From a virus, in the IMG/VR virus record IMGVR_UViG_3300043420_001819, positions 19,428-83,427 of that record: 64,000 nucleotides of DNA. The stretch is one strand, 5' to 3'. This document shows positions 18,759 through 29,555 of this stretch, piece by piece. Each line of letters starts with the position of its first letter. The stretch's first letter is position 1. The translations under genes were made by a program, and so were the position numbers. The notes below the pieces were generated by a model. It had not been told where the DNA came from. It did not search any database and worked only from the letters and a program-made list of their open reading frames with translations.

Positions 18759-18775
18759 GAGGGAAGAAGTCCCTC
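18759..18775. terminator. Intergenic hairpin
   Basis: GAGGGA-AGAAG-TCCCTC. Confidence 0.4.
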
Positions 18776-18785
18776 GCTGTATTAT

Positions 18786-20519
18786 TTACACAGTAATAAG
18801 TGTTCTTTGTACCTTAATTATTGCTGAAGTGCTTGATCCCATAGTGACTACAAGCTCGGCATTGGCACCATTGATTTGAGATGTAAAATTACAAAGAGTG
18901 CCATTTGTTTCAAGAACAGCATATTCAGTCATATAAGTCGATGTTCCATTATGAATAACCATGATTTCCGATACTTGATAATTTGTACCTTGTGTTACTT
19001 GAATGACATATTTACAAGATCTATAACTTGCAATAGCAAATGTATCTATCGCCGTTTGTGATGTAGATGCAATAGTTGCATTAAGACCATCGATTCTTGC
19101 ATCAACCGCGGTAGTATCACTGAATGTAATACCAGCATCATTTTGCATATTGATTGTAGTTGAGGTTACATTACCTCTTGCAGTAACAGTTGCTAGTGTA
19201 TCAGATTCTGTAGTTGATGAACTAATTGTAATATTACCACTTGCATCTGAAGTTACAGTTGTTCCACCAGCACCGATAATTTTATGAGCACTTGTGACAG
19301 TAGAATCTTCAAGGTGATTTAAATACACATTGCCGTTTGTTGCAATCGCATTGGTAGTAGCTGTATTACTAGCACCTACAATATTTTTAGATGTTTTTTC
19401 CGTAGGTAATTGAGGAAGTGTTACTGTCTTTACATTAATCCCAGTTACGTGACCTGTTGTATTTGTCGTCACAGAATCAACCGCGGTAAATGTTCCGCCG
19501 TGTGTCGGAGATGCACTACTTGTTGCATCACTTCTTGTTGTATTATTATGAGAAATAGTTAGTATATCATCTGCGGTAAAGTTAGATGTAATATATGTAC
19601 CACTTGCAATTTGAAGTGTGTCGTGAGATGTTATTGTGTAAGAAGTCGTATCACCATCTTGAATCGTCCAATAGTCATAATTATCATATTCTGTAGGTAA
19701 AGGAATATTATAAAAATTTGTACCATTGTTTGTAAATGTCCATCTTGCAGCACTTTCATCCCATAATAAAGATACATTAGAAAGCGTTCCTCTTTCAATT
19801 TCAATACCACCATCTTCTGTTGGTGTTGAACCTGTATAATTACTGTTCAATGTGATAAGATTATCAGCAAGATTAATTGTTTCAGTATTAACTGTTGTTG
19901 ATGTCCCAGAAATAACAAGGTTTGTTACTTTAAGTGTTTCTGTCGAAGGGTTATATTTAAGATTTGAATGTGAATAACCAGTTTGTGCACCTGAAGCACT
20001 AGCAACGGTTGTGATGAATCTGTCATTGTTTGTTGCATCAGCAGATATAGATTGAAGTGTATCGGTGTTATTATCAGCTGGAAGGGTTATTGTTTTAGTA
20101 TTTACAGCCGTGATGTGACCTGTTGTACTTGTTGTAATACTATCAATCGCTGTAAAAGTTCCGCCATGCGCTGGGGCAGCAGTACTTGTATTATTTGTTC
20201 TTGTTACGTTATCGTGATTGAGTGTAATTGATACATTGTCAGAATCATTTGCTGTAAATGTTCCACTTCCAGAAATCATTGTCCCACCAGCAACTGATAA
20301 TATACCATCATTAACTATCGGTAAATCTGAAGTTAATGCAACTGTACCGTTTGCATTTGGAAATGTAATTGTTCTGTCAGCTGTAAGTGTTGTTAGTGGT
20401 AGAGATAATTTGAAATTTGAACCGTTATCATCAATTTCAAGTGTTTCAACAATTTGACCGTTATTATTGAAAATGTCTTTAGTCCCGATACGCAATCCGT
20501 CTTTAATTTTGAATGCCAT
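18786..20519 (-). CDS. Tail fibre protein
   Basis: Thr-rich; DRTITFPNA.GTVAL; internal repeats GH.T..N.KT.TLP; segments shared with 22218..23303. Confidence 0.75.
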   Translation of the reverse strand: MAFKIKDGLRIGTKDIFNNNGQIVETLEIDDNGSNFKLSLPLTTLTADRTITFPNANGTVALTSDLPIVNDGILSVAGGTMISGSGTFTANDSDNVSITLNHDNVTRTNNTSTAAPAHGGTFTAIDSITTSTTGHITAVNTKTITLPADNNTDTLQSISADATNNDRFITTVASASGAQTGYSHSNLKYNPSTETLKVTNLVISGTSTTVNTETINLADNLITLNSNYTGSTPTEDGGIEIERGTLSNVSLLWDESAARWTFTNNGTNFYNIPLPTEYDNYDYWTIQDGDTTSYTITSHDTLQIASGTYITSNFTADDILTISHNNTTRSDATSSASPTHGGTFTAVDSVTTNTTGHVTGINVKTVTLPQLPTEKTSKNIVGASNTATTNAIATNGNVYLNHLEDSTVTSAHKIIGAGGTTVTSDASGNITISSSTTESDTLATVTARGNVTSTTINMQNDAGITFSDTTAVDARIDGLNATIASTSQTAIDTFAIASYRSCKYVIQVTQGTNYQVSEIMVIHNGTSTYMTEYAVLETNGTLCNFTSQINGANAELVVTMGSSTSAIIKVQRTLITV

Positions 20520-20551
20520 TTGTTATTCCTTTATATTATTTATATTTTTAT

Positions 20552-22111
20552 TTATATGAATTTTCTAAATTTAAAAACATAATTTGAAGCTGAAGCATTG
20601 CTATAGTTCGAATATATTTGTAGTTTTAGATTATCACCATCAAGATCTGCTGTTCTATATGTTCTTAGATATAGACCAGCATCACTTGAACCTCCTGCCC
20701 TATGAAGTTGAATTTCATCAGATGGAAGTTCCTGAGAAGTGTTCGTGTCACCCGCATACCAACTCATTATTCCAGAATAGTATTCATTCATATTTGATCC
20801 TCCTGCTGAAGTATCATTTGCATATAATTGAAGGATATATGTTCCTGTTCCAAGGTCAGTATATTTTATACCAGTATCTTGCCAATCTGTTGTTAAAGTT
20901 ATTGATTTTGTAAAAGTTGTAACCGGGTCAAAATTATCAACATACTGTTTTGTTGCTGCTTGTAAATCTTCAGTTGGATCGGCTGCTAAGGTTAATGCAC
21001 CAGTCATAGTATCACCAGTGACATTTACATAATCAGCATCATGGTTATGATCATCAATAGTTTCTAAAGCATGTTGAACATTTGTATCAGCACCAGATAA
21101 AATTCCATTAAAATTTGTTGTATCTATTAAAATATCTTCTGCTAAATCTGAAGGTATCACACTAACTGGAACAGGAAGTTGTGTTCTTACCGGTGATGCT
21201 CCACCAAATTGGAAATTATATTCTGAACCCGTATTTCCAAGCATATTAGCATAATATTTTATAACAACCCTATCTGTGGATACCCAATCACCATCATTAA
21301 GTTGAGTAGATGCAGAGAATTGATAATAATTACTATCAACTGGATTTACAGCACCAGTTGTAGAACTTGTGGCAAGAAGTGTTTCAGTGCCTGTACTTTC
21401 TCTTCTATAAATTTCAAAATAAAATTCAGCATATTGTTGACTGTTACCTGCAGTTTTTGCAATATTACCAATAGTAGTAATATTAACAATTCCTGGATTT
21501 CCGGTAAATTGATTTGCATCAGAAATAAGACTTGCTATTAACTGTGCAGATGAACTAATAGTTCCAGTCCCAACATCTACAGCAGTACTATTATAATCAC
21601 TATCACCTGTACTAGAAACTTGTCTAAAATAACCTGTAACATCTGATTCTACTGTAGTTGGATATAATACAATGTTAGAAGATAGTAATGAAACATCTGC
21701 CTTGCTTAAAGATAATTCATCCAAAGCACCTTTAACATTTACAGACATTAAATCTGCATCGTTATTATCATAATTAATATTTGAAGAAGTTAGATAATAG
21801 CTAGGAAGTTCACCACCTAATTTTTGAGAATCTTCAGAATCATCTACAACCCCACTAAGATTTGTATCATAAGTGGTTTTAAGCATATCACCACCAGCAA
21901 GTGATTGTATATCAGATTCTGTAACTAGTTTATTTGATGAGGTAACAGCTGTTAGAACATTATTCTGTGTTATTACTTCTTTAACTGTATCAAAAGCTAC
22001 CCAAAGCTTTTCATCAGTTGAGTTCATACACATCTCACCTGATACTAACCCAGCATCAGCATAGCTTCTACCGGCTACTGCCGTTCTCTTTAATTTAATT
22101 GTTTGTGACAT
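20552..22111 (-). CDS. Tail fibre protein
   Basis: IKLKR N-terminal anchor, KLGG, GDTMTG.L.L..DPT...AATKQYVD fibre motifs. Confidence 0.75.
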   Translation of the reverse strand: MSQTIKLKRTAVAGRSYADAGLVSGEMCMNSTDEKLWVAFDTVKEVITQNNVLTAVTSSNKLVTESDIQSLAGGDMLKTTYDTNLSGVVDDSEDSQKLGGELPSYYLTSSNINYDNNDADLMSVNVKGALDELSLSKADVSLLSSNIVLYPTTVESDVTGYFRQVSSTGDSDYNSTAVDVGTGTISSSAQLIASLISDANQFTGNPGIVNITTIGNIAKTAGNSQQYAEFYFEIYRRESTGTETLLATSSTTGAVNPVDSNYYQFSASTQLNDGDWVSTDRVVIKYYANMLGNTGSEYNFQFGGASPVRTQLPVPVSVIPSDLAEDILIDTTNFNGILSGADTNVQHALETIDDHNHDADYVNVTGDTMTGALTLAADPTEDLQAATKQYVDNFDPVTTFTKSITLTTDWQDTGIKYTDLGTGTYILQLYANDTSAGGSNMNEYYSGIMSWYAGDTNTSQELPSDEIQLHRAGGSSDAGLYLRTYRTADLDGDNLKLQIYSNYSNASASNYVFKFRKFI

Positions 22112-22190
22112 TACTTACCCTTGTGTATATACACAGATAACTTTGTAATTCTATTAAGTAATAAAATTACAAAATTTTTTTATATAAAAA

Positions 22191-22210
22191 TTCCCCCTAT
22201 ATAGGGGGAA
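22191..22210 (-). terminator. Intrinsic terminator
   Basis: Perfect palindrome TTCCCCCTATATAGGGGGAA followed by T-run on minus strand. Confidence 0.75.
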
Positions 22211-22217
22211 AATAATC

Positions 22218-23303
22218 TTAGAACTCACCACCGTCAACTATGTTAACAGAAAGAGTATCTGAAGAAATAATAATACTTGTTCCATCAACATTAACATCAA
22301 GAATAGGAGCAGTAGCAGTTCCACTATTAGAAAGACCAGCACCAGCACCAACTGAAGTTACAACTCCACTATTAAGTTTAGTGTAAAGTGTTGGAGAAAG
22401 TAAACCAGCATTTGTACCATTTGCTAATGGAATAGTTGCATCTGTACCTGTACTAGAAGTTACAATACCATTAGTAGGAGATGCTGTATAACCTAAATCA
22501 GTAATACCATCAGTTGTACAAGTAACAGTAATAGTATCTGCATCTGTTCTTGTAATTGCCATACCTGCACCAGCAACAAAATTAACATTATCAGTACTTG
22601 CATCAGAACCAGTTAATCTAACAGCTGCACCACCGGTAGCAGTTTCAGCAGATACAGAATATGTAGTATCTGTGTTATCACTATCAGGGAGTGTTACTGT
22701 TTTTGTATTAACAGCAGTAATATGACCTTCTGCACTTGTTGTGATACTAGAAACTACATCGAAAGACCCACCAATTGCAGGATTTGATGCAGTATCAGTT
22801 CCATCATTTCTTGTTACAGAATCATGGTTAACTTGGCCTCCAGAAATAGTAATAACATTACCGCTTGAAAGAACGTCAGCAGTATCAAGAATACGTCTTG
22901 AGCTAACACCGTCATTAACTACCCAATAATCATTAGTTTCATCCCATACAAGTGAAACATTAGCTGAAGTACCTCTTTCAATTTCGATACCACCGTTTTG
23001 TGAAGGGGCTCCAGCTTCATCAGCGTTAAGTAGGATAACTGCATCACCAATATTTACTTCATTTGAATTAACAGTAGTAGTTGTACCAGAAACTGTTAAG
23101 TTACCACTAATTACAACGTTTTGTGTAGGATTGCCAGAACCGTCAACTTCATAGTGTACATAAGCAAGTTCTTGCCCACCAGCAGTGCCGTTACCAACAA
23201 ATAATCTTAAGTTATCTTTAGTATAAAAGATAACGCCTTCCGCTGGGCTTATCCCTGAACGGTCTGTTTCTAAACCTCTTAAGAGTTTAATAGTTTGTGA
23301 CAT
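22218..23303 (-). CDS. Tail fibre protein
   Basis: IKL.RG...GE-like N-terminus; GGIEIERGT.NVSL.WDE shared with 18786..20519; ends DGGEF. Confidence 0.7.
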   Translation of the reverse strand: MSQTIKLLRGLETDRSGISPAEGVIFYTKDNLRLFVGNGTAGGQELAYVHYEVDGSGNPTQNVVISGNLTVSGTTTTVNSNEVNIGDAVILLNADEAGAPSQNGGIEIERGTSANVSLVWDETNDYWVVNDGVSSRRILDTADVLSSGNVITISGGQVNHDSVTRNDGTDTASNPAIGGSFDVVSSITTSAEGHITAVNTKTVTLPDSDNTDTTYSVSAETATGGAAVRLTGSDASTDNVNFVAGAGMAITRTDADTITVTCTTDGITDLGYTASPTNGIVTSSTGTDATIPLANGTNAGLLSPTLYTKLNSGVVTSVGAGAGLSNSGTATAPILDVNVDGTSIIISSDTLSVNIVDGGEF

Positions 23304-23324
23304 AATTTACCTTTATTTTAAAAT

Positions 23325-24281
23325 TTAATAGACCCCACAGTCAATTATGAGGTTATCAATATAATTTTTTGTCACTAAAGAATGACTACTAACAATTTTG
23401 TCGTTTGATAATGCTGGAGCTAGGATAGTACCATCATAATAAACTTCAATTGCATTATACCTGTTGCTTGTATCCGAACCAATACCTACCTCAAATATTG
23501 TTCCTGTTTTATTATCGTTGTATAAACCTAAAGTAGTTTGATAATTATTGTCTGCTCTTGTTCCTAAACCTACTGAGAATGAATAATCTCCAGTAGCACC
23601 ATTAGTATTATCGTTATCAAGTGAATAACTTAAATCAATAGACTGATTTCCTATATTCCCATAATACTCAGGATTTCTTCCTCTTAGTCTCCATCCAATG
23701 TTTAAACCTTCAAGGAGTCTTTCAAGTTCTGAAGGAGATGAACCATTAGCCGCTGTAAGTCTTACGTAAATACTACCAACAGTATCATCTATTAAAAGTG
23801 CTAAACCAGCCTGTAAAAATAACCCTGAAGTTGGCTCAACATTAGTTAAAGTACCATTTGTAGTGTCAATGTATAGTTTATCCTTACTACTAAACCCAGA
23901 AGTATCTAGGTCAGTTACTTTTCCTAAAGATGCTACTTTTCCTACACCATCTGGTTCAATTTCAGTGGTAGTAAGCCCTAAAATATATGAAGGGTCAGTT
24001 GTAGTAGCTGGAGCAACTTTTATAAGTCCAGTATCTTCATCAACACCTGTTATCATTACAACGATACCATTTATAATTGTTGAAGAAGTATCATTTATAA
24101 CAGTGTGTAAAACTTCGTGCCCAAGTTGTAAGGACTCTCCTGATACTGCTAAGTTAATAGTATCTTCAATCTCGTTATATGTTAATGTTCCTTGGTCTTC
24201 AGGGCCGCCAACTATTTGTAATGAACGTACTTTGATAGGTATTATTTCTTCGCTTGCCCATGTTACTTCATTAATTACCAA
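23325..24281 (-). CDS. Fibre/virion structural protein
   Basis: GATGDYSFSVG head-repeat-like segment, VTKNYID; context. Confidence 0.55.
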   Translation of the reverse strand: MVINEVTWASEEIIPIKVRSLQIVGGPEDQGTLTYNEIEDTINLAVSGESLQLGHEVLHTVINDTSSTIINGIVVMITGVDEDTGLIKVAPATTTDPSYILGLTTTEIEPDGVGKVASLGKVTDLDTSGFSSKDKLYIDTTNGTLTNVEPTSGLFLQAGLALLIDDTVGSIYVRLTAANGSSPSELERLLEGLNIGWRLRGRNPEYYGNIGNQSIDLSYSLDNDNTNGATGDYSFSVGLGTRADNNYQTTLGLYNDNKTGTIFEVGIGSDTSNRYNAIEVYYDGTILAPALSNDKIVSSHSLVTKNYIDNLIIDCGVY

Positions 24282-24312
24282 TGTCGGCCTCCTTTCATAT
24301 ATTAATTACTTT

Positions 24313-24320
24313 ATTATCGT
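24313..24320 (-). promoter_or_regulatory. ACGATWAT putative late promoter (fibre cluster)
   Basis: ACGATAAT in intergenic gap upstream of 24281. Confidence 0.6.
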
Positions 24321-24355
24321 ATAGCCTCTCTTTTAAAAACACATCCCAATGTGTA

Positions 24356-24808
24356 TTATGATAAGGCTTCAGTACATTTTAAATATACATTAGTTCCATC
24401 ACAGAAATACTCAATCCAATATGTTCCTGCTGTATTTATTGTTGTTAAAAAATTTGAGTCTACTAAAATAGATGCACCTAATGTAATAGTACGAGGGGTT
24501 GTATTAACTAATATAACTGTACCAATTTGTCCAGATGCACTAGCAATATTTGTGAATGTTAATGCACCATTTGCTGTTGGAGTACACTTAAAATTATTTT
24601 TACTGTTTAAGTCAAAACTTAAATCATTATCTGTTAGTAATGTTCCTCTTTGGGGAGCTGAGAAAGTGTGTGCTGTAGCGATAAAATTAGTAAATAATGT
24701 ATTTATTTGAGTTTGTGTATAAACTTTACCCCAATTTGTATTAAGAATTTGTCTCCAAGCAGTAGCCCCTATTTCTAAAGTTTCTATCCCATTTGCTAAG
24801 ATTGCCAT
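24356..24808 (-). CDS. Putative tail fibre/tip protein
   Basis: TFSAPQRG motif and small C-terminal beta domain. Confidence 0.5.
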   Translation of the reverse strand: MAILANGIETLEIGATAWRQILNTNWGKVYTQTQINTLFTNFIATAHTFSAPQRGTLLTDNDLSFDLNSKNNFKCTPTANGALTFTNIASASGQIGTVILVNTTPRTITLGASILVDSNFLTTINTAGTYWIEYFCDGTNVYLKCTEALS

Positions 24809-24829
24809 TTTATTTCCTTTTAATTAATA

Positions 24830-27523
24830 TTATAATGTAACTGGGTAAGGGCCAGTCCAAGTAAGATTTGCTGTTGTAGCCGCTGCATTAGAAACAGTAT
24901 GAAGCAATGTCCAATTTACACCATCGTTAGAACCATATAAATTCCAGTCATCAGGGTTTCTACTAGTATTAGTTGCAGTATCGTTACCAGTTGCCCAGTT
25001 ATAACCATTAAAACTAACAGGTACTGACATATCCATTACTACAGACACCGTTGGAAGTTGATTAAAGTTTACTTTTGTAGTTAAACTTCCATCAACTAAT
25101 TTATCAGGAGATTCTCCTGCTATGTAAGTATTTGTTGAAGTTGCTATTGAACCTGTCATTAAAATATCATTATTATCTAATAATAATTTAAACTCTGATA
25201 TTTGACAATATACTGTTGAGTTACTTACCTTACCAGTAATTTCCCACTTTATATATCTATAAGATACAGTTACTTTTTCTTGTAAATCAGCTGGGGTAAC
25301 CACTACAGAAGTTCCTTGACTTTCATAAGAACCTAATTTAGTTTTTATTAAGTAAGTTCCTACAGAAGTAATTGGGTATGTTATAAATGTTTCATAATTA
25401 CTAGGAGTTACTGTTCCAAGCAATGTACTATTTTTATAAACATTAAATATACCCTCAACATTGCCTTCATCTTGTCCTGATAAAATAGTATCACAGTTTC
25501 TATAGTTAGCACCACTTAATCTTACACAAGGACTCCAAATCAATTCACCTGCAACACATCGTAATGAATTTACAGTATATGGTGTATCAATTTCACCATT
25601 GTATGTATAGTTTACTGTAGTTTCTTCAGATTGTGTAAATTGGTTTTCTGCATAAACATGGAAAGTAGGGGTTAATGAATAAAAAGATACTACTGGTAAC
25701 TCATTAGGTGCTATAGGACATAACCAAAATGCTTCACCAACAGTATGAGTAGTTCTATCATTCTGTATTCCTCGTACTATACCAGTTATCTCAAAAGTAT
25801 TATCGGAAACTTCAGTCATTGTTTGAAAACCTATTGCTTCATCACCCCAATAAGCTGCATATACAAGCCTTTGAAGGTCAGAGTCAGTTCCTGCAATATT
25901 ATAAAAGTCACCATCAGTATTTTCTACTGTTAGAACTACACTTCTATCTACTTCTCCATTATCAAGTGTTTCTATGTTTGTAACTGTAGCATATTTCCAC
26001 TCTTCAAATTGCATTGTGTCCTCGGTTACTTCATACCCTACCATGTTACGAACAGCAGAACTAACCCCAGGGTATGTAGCAGCTAGATGAACACCTTTAG
26101 TAGTAGTATTTTCTGGAGTACATGGAAATGCTTTTACCCTGTTAGGGACTGAATTTAACTCATATTGAGTAGACATTGTAAGTGTAACATTCGGTGTCCA
26201 TTCAATTGCTTGTGAGAATGAAAATATATCTTCAATAGCTTCAATAGTTAAGGAACTATCTCTTACAGCATCCCCAGTTATTTTAGTAACCCTAAAAACA
26301 ATCTCACTATCCCCAGTTAAATAAGTATCATTAAATAAAAACGTAGAACCGAGAGTATAATCTGGTAAATCAATAGGACTAATCTTAAAAGATATTTCTG
26401 CAAGTGGATTAGACATTTTAGTAAAATAAAGATTTGCTACTTGAGAAAAAGCCTCTTCAGTATTTATCATAGATAAATCTATCTCTTGACTTTTTATAAA
26501 CCCAGATACATCTAAAGCTGCAGGGTTTGATAAAGTAAGTGTATCAGACTTTGGTACTGATGTTGATGTAATATTTGAGTACTTAAATACAAAAGTATTA
26601 GGTAAGTCAGCTCTTGTTCCTCTAGAGAATTTAATATTAGAAGTCATATCAACAGTTACTAATGGAAGGTCATCGATAGTATAATCTGCTCTAAACAGCT
26701 TAAATACATATTTATCTGTTGTATAGTTATAGTATAAAACACCAGTAACATATCTTAAAATTTCTTGAATCCAATCTTTAATAGGCTTTGCTGAAGTTAT
26801 AAGAATATTTAACCCTAGTTTCTCATTATATAAAACTTCTGCTGCATAAGTGAAAGAGTCTTCGTCAATTTTACTTTTATTTACTCTTAATAAAGTTACT
26901 AAAATATCGTATAATATATACGCTGGATTGGCATTATGTATTTCAAGTACTTTAACATCATAATTTTCTTGAGCTTGTTCTGAAAATAAATTAATTACTG
27001 TTTGTAATAATGAAGATACAACGGCAGTGCCTGAATTATTATATGTATAGTTTATTTCTTCCCCATCCTCATTTACTGAAGTAATAACATGCTTAGTCCC
27101 AACAATGTCATAATATGAGCTATAATTAGGTAAAGATGAAGCTGACTCGATATTTATTCTTTTTACTAAAAATCCATACTGAGGGATACTTCTTACATTA
27201 TCTCCTATAAAAACCTGTGGAAATACTGTATATGCTACATTTTTATAAATTAAGTCTAACCCTGTTTTACTCTCCATATAACTATCTGGTGAAGTTTGGT
27301 CTCCAAAATAATTAATAAAAGTGGATGGCCCATTTCCAGAACCACCAACCTCAGAAGTAAGACCAGTTTGTGCTCTAATTGTTGCTCCGTTTGATGAAAC
27401 AGTCCCTGACCACATTTTAGTTTCATTTAAGTAAAAACCAATTATCTCATCTAACTCCTCACACAAAGCATAAGAAAAATCTAAAAAGTAGGCATAACCA
27501 ATTGTTTGTTTTTTACTACCCAT
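24830..27523 (-). CDS. Tail tip/central spike (host-specificity J-like) protein with C-terminal discoidin-like domain
   Basis: KKQTIGY.Y start, ANPAYI.YD, E.LG...I.EIL; C-terminal R.P.DW.LYGSNDG.NWT. Confidence 0.8.
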   Translation of the reverse strand: MGSKKQTIGYAYFLDFSYALCEELDEIIGFYLNETKMWSGTVSSNGATIRAQTGLTSEVGGSGNGPSTFINYFGDQTSPDSYMESKTGLDLIYKNVAYTVFPQVFIGDNVRSIPQYGFLVKRINIESASSLPNYSSYYDIVGTKHVITSVNEDGEEINYTYNNSGTAVVSSLLQTVINLFSEQAQENYDVKVLEIHNANPAYILYDILVTLLRVNKSKIDEDSFTYAAEVLYNEKLGLNILITSAKPIKDWIQEILRYVTGVLYYNYTTDKYVFKLFRADYTIDDLPLVTVDMTSNIKFSRGTRADLPNTFVFKYSNITSTSVPKSDTLTLSNPAALDVSGFIKSQEIDLSMINTEEAFSQVANLYFTKMSNPLAEISFKISPIDLPDYTLGSTFLFNDTYLTGDSEIVFRVTKITGDAVRDSSLTIEAIEDIFSFSQAIEWTPNVTLTMSTQYELNSVPNRVKAFPCTPENTTTKGVHLAATYPGVSSAVRNMVGYEVTEDTMQFEEWKYATVTNIETLDNGEVDRSVVLTVENTDGDFYNIAGTDSDLQRLVYAAYWGDEAIGFQTMTEVSDNTFEITGIVRGIQNDRTTHTVGEAFWLCPIAPNELPVVSFYSLTPTFHVYAENQFTQSEETTVNYTYNGEIDTPYTVNSLRCVAGELIWSPCVRLSGANYRNCDTILSGQDEGNVEGIFNVYKNSTLLGTVTPSNYETFITYPITSVGTYLIKTKLGSYESQGTSVVVTPADLQEKVTVSYRYIKWEITGKVSNSTVYCQISEFKLLLDNNDILMTGSIATSTNTYIAGESPDKLVDGSLTTKVNFNQLPTVSVVMDMSVPVSFNGYNWATGNDTATNTSRNPDDWNLYGSNDGVNWTLLHTVSNAAATTANLTWTGPYPVTL

Positions 27524-27747
27524 TACTTACCACCAGATTTAATTGCTTTTGATTTTAAATTATCATACCAAATACAATTTCCCTTTATGTAAGTTGTTCC
27601 ATATACTTTTGGAACTACTTTTGAGTTAGTGTTATCTGGTATTTGAAAATCTTCAAGAGTAGCAGGAGACATTGCCAAGTCATTAGGTACTGGCATAAAA
27701 ATATAAGCTACAATTAATAATGCAGCAGTAATATAAAATAAAGGCAT
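27523..27747 (-). CDS. Small tail tip assembly protein
   Basis: Hydrophobic N-terminus, VP.VYGT...GN.IWY motif. Confidence 0.7.
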   Translation of the reverse strand: MPLFYITAALLIVAYIFMPVPNDLAMSPATLEDFQIPDNTNSKVVPKVYGTTYIKGNCIWYDNLKSKAIKSGGK

Positions 27748-28484
27748 TATATTGACTCCAAAGAAGGATTTTTAGGCGGAACTAATGGAAATCCACCGAA
27801 ATTAGTTTTATTATTAAATTTTACTGAGCAAGTACTATATGATTTATCACAACCTTGCTTTAAAGAAATTACTGATGGTGTTTGGGTTATTCTAGTGTCA
27901 AGGTATAATACACCCCCAGAATCATGCTTTAGTATATATGCTGTTTCTGTATTATTAGTTGTAAGTACTCCTCCAGTATATAAACCAGTACTTCCCGCTA
28001 TTGATGGTACAGTTACAGCATTTTGACTTCCTGCAACAGTAAACTCAGTTATATTAGTGGTATAGGCAGAGGAGCTTAATCCGCAATTACCATCATATAA
28101 GATAAAAGGACAACTTGTACTATAAGTACGATAAGGAACTTCACTATCAAAAAACACCTCTTTCTTTTTAAATTTTAAATCAACTTCAAATCTTTCCCTA
28201 TCAAAGTCCAATTTAACTAATATTCCACTAAATATTTCTAAACCACTCGCATAATCATAAATATTTAAGAATAACTCTGCACTAGGGGCGTATAATACAA
28301 ATTTAGTAAAAGGGTCAGTATCTAGCTTAGTTGTAACTCTAACTTCAGAATCAGTTAACTCCATAGTCAACTCAGTTCTTGCAAATGATGAGGCTGAGTA
28401 AATATACCCATTATACTCTATATCATCAGCAGATGCAGCATATCTATATGTTAGTCCTTGGTAAGTTACTTTATACAATTCCAC
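27747..28484 (-). CDS. Tail tip protein, DUF2163/BR0599-like
   Basis: C...LYD..CG and GCDK...C..KFNN..NFGGFP.VP. Confidence 0.85.
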   Translation of the reverse strand: MELYKVTYQGLTYRYAASADDIEYNGYIYSASSFARTELTMELTDSEVRVTTKLDTDPFTKFVLYAPSAELFLNIYDYASGLEIFSGILVKLDFDRERFEVDLKFKKKEVFFDSEVPYRTYSTSCPFILYDGNCGLSSSAYTTNITEFTVAGSQNAVTVPSIAGSTGLYTGGVLTTNNTETAYILKHDSGGVLYLDTRITQTPSVISLKQGCDKSYSTCSVKFNNKTNFGGFPLVPPKNPSLESI

Positions 28485-28496
28485 TTTATATCCCTG

Positions 28497-29555
28497 TTAT
28501 AGCTGTATCAAACTATAATCGTTGTATAGCTCTATTATATTTAATTTAACCGATGATTTATTAATATCATCTAAGTCAAAACTAATAGTATCTGTATCTA
28601 ATCTACAAAAGTATAAAAACTGTGCATTAAGACATGAGCTAGTACTTAACCCATCTGGTAACGGAGTATCAAGTACGATAACATCACAAGTACCGTATGT
28701 TTCATTTACTTTACTTTCACAAGAAGTAATTACCCCAAAGTAGTTATAATCAGGTAAGTATAAAATCTTTGTAACCTGATTTAATGCCATTGCTGCGAAT
28801 GAATTTTTTATTACTAAAAAATTTTCTCCACCTATAGGTTGTTCAGCTATTGATAGTTCAGGAATAAAAGAAGGAAATAAAAATGATTTGTATTTACCTT
28901 TTAAGGTACTAAACCATGACTTTAAAGCTAACCTATCGTAAACGTCGTCTTGTTTTAAAGTTACTGAAAATTTCTTATAAGGGTTCTTATCAGATATTCT
29001 GTACTGCTTTTGAAATTCTTCACCAGCTACTACATACTTATGGTCTAAAACTTCACTAACACTATCAAAAATTTCAAAAGGAAACATTGTTTTTGAAAGA
29101 ATAGGCAGAACTTCAATAGGTAAATCTACATAAGCTGTGTCTGATGGAGACATCCATGTTGTATTAAGAGTTGCAGTAGTTGTAGGTCCAACCATTCTTA
29201 CTCTTATGGTATTAATGCCAATAGGAAGCGTTATTGCCCCAACTCCACTATTAAGAGAAGAAAATGCTACATATTCTCCATTTACAAAAATATCTGCCCT
29301 TACATTAGCTCCAACTATTACTTTAAAGTAATATTCCCCATGCTCTACAATATTTATGTCAGACTCTAAAACTGCAAATACTGATGAGGGTGTATTAAGA
29401 TAATCTGTTGTAACAATATTCAAAGAATCTACATAAAAATTACTTGCTAATAAACTATTACGTTGATAAGTAGTCTGTATTTCATCCATTCCGTAATAAG
29501 TATTAGGTAAGGTATATCCCGATGCATCATAGTATTTAATAAAAAATCTTTTCAT
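28497..29555 (-). CDS. Tail (distal tail-like) protein with N-terminal PA14-like domain
   Basis: GEYYF...IFVNG PA14-like; G..KSF..P, RLD.D C-terminal motif. Confidence 0.6.
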   Translation of the reverse strand: MKRFFIKYYDASGYTLPNTYYGMDEIQTTYQRNSLLASNFYVDSLNIVTTDYLNTPSSVFAVLESDINIVEHGEYYFKVIVGANVRADIFVNGEYVAFSSLNSGVGAITLPIGINTIRVRMVGPTTTATLNTTWMSPSDTAYVDLPIEVLPILSKTMFPFEIFDSVSEVLDHKYVVAGEEFQKQYRISDKNPYKKFSVTLKQDDVYDRLALKSWFSTLKGKYKSFLFPSFIPELSIAEQPIGGENFLVIKNSFAAMALNQVTKILYLPDYNYFGVITSCESKVNETYGTCDVIVLDTPLPDGLSTSSCLNAQFLYFCRLDTDTISFDLDDINKSSVKLNIIELYNDYSLIQL

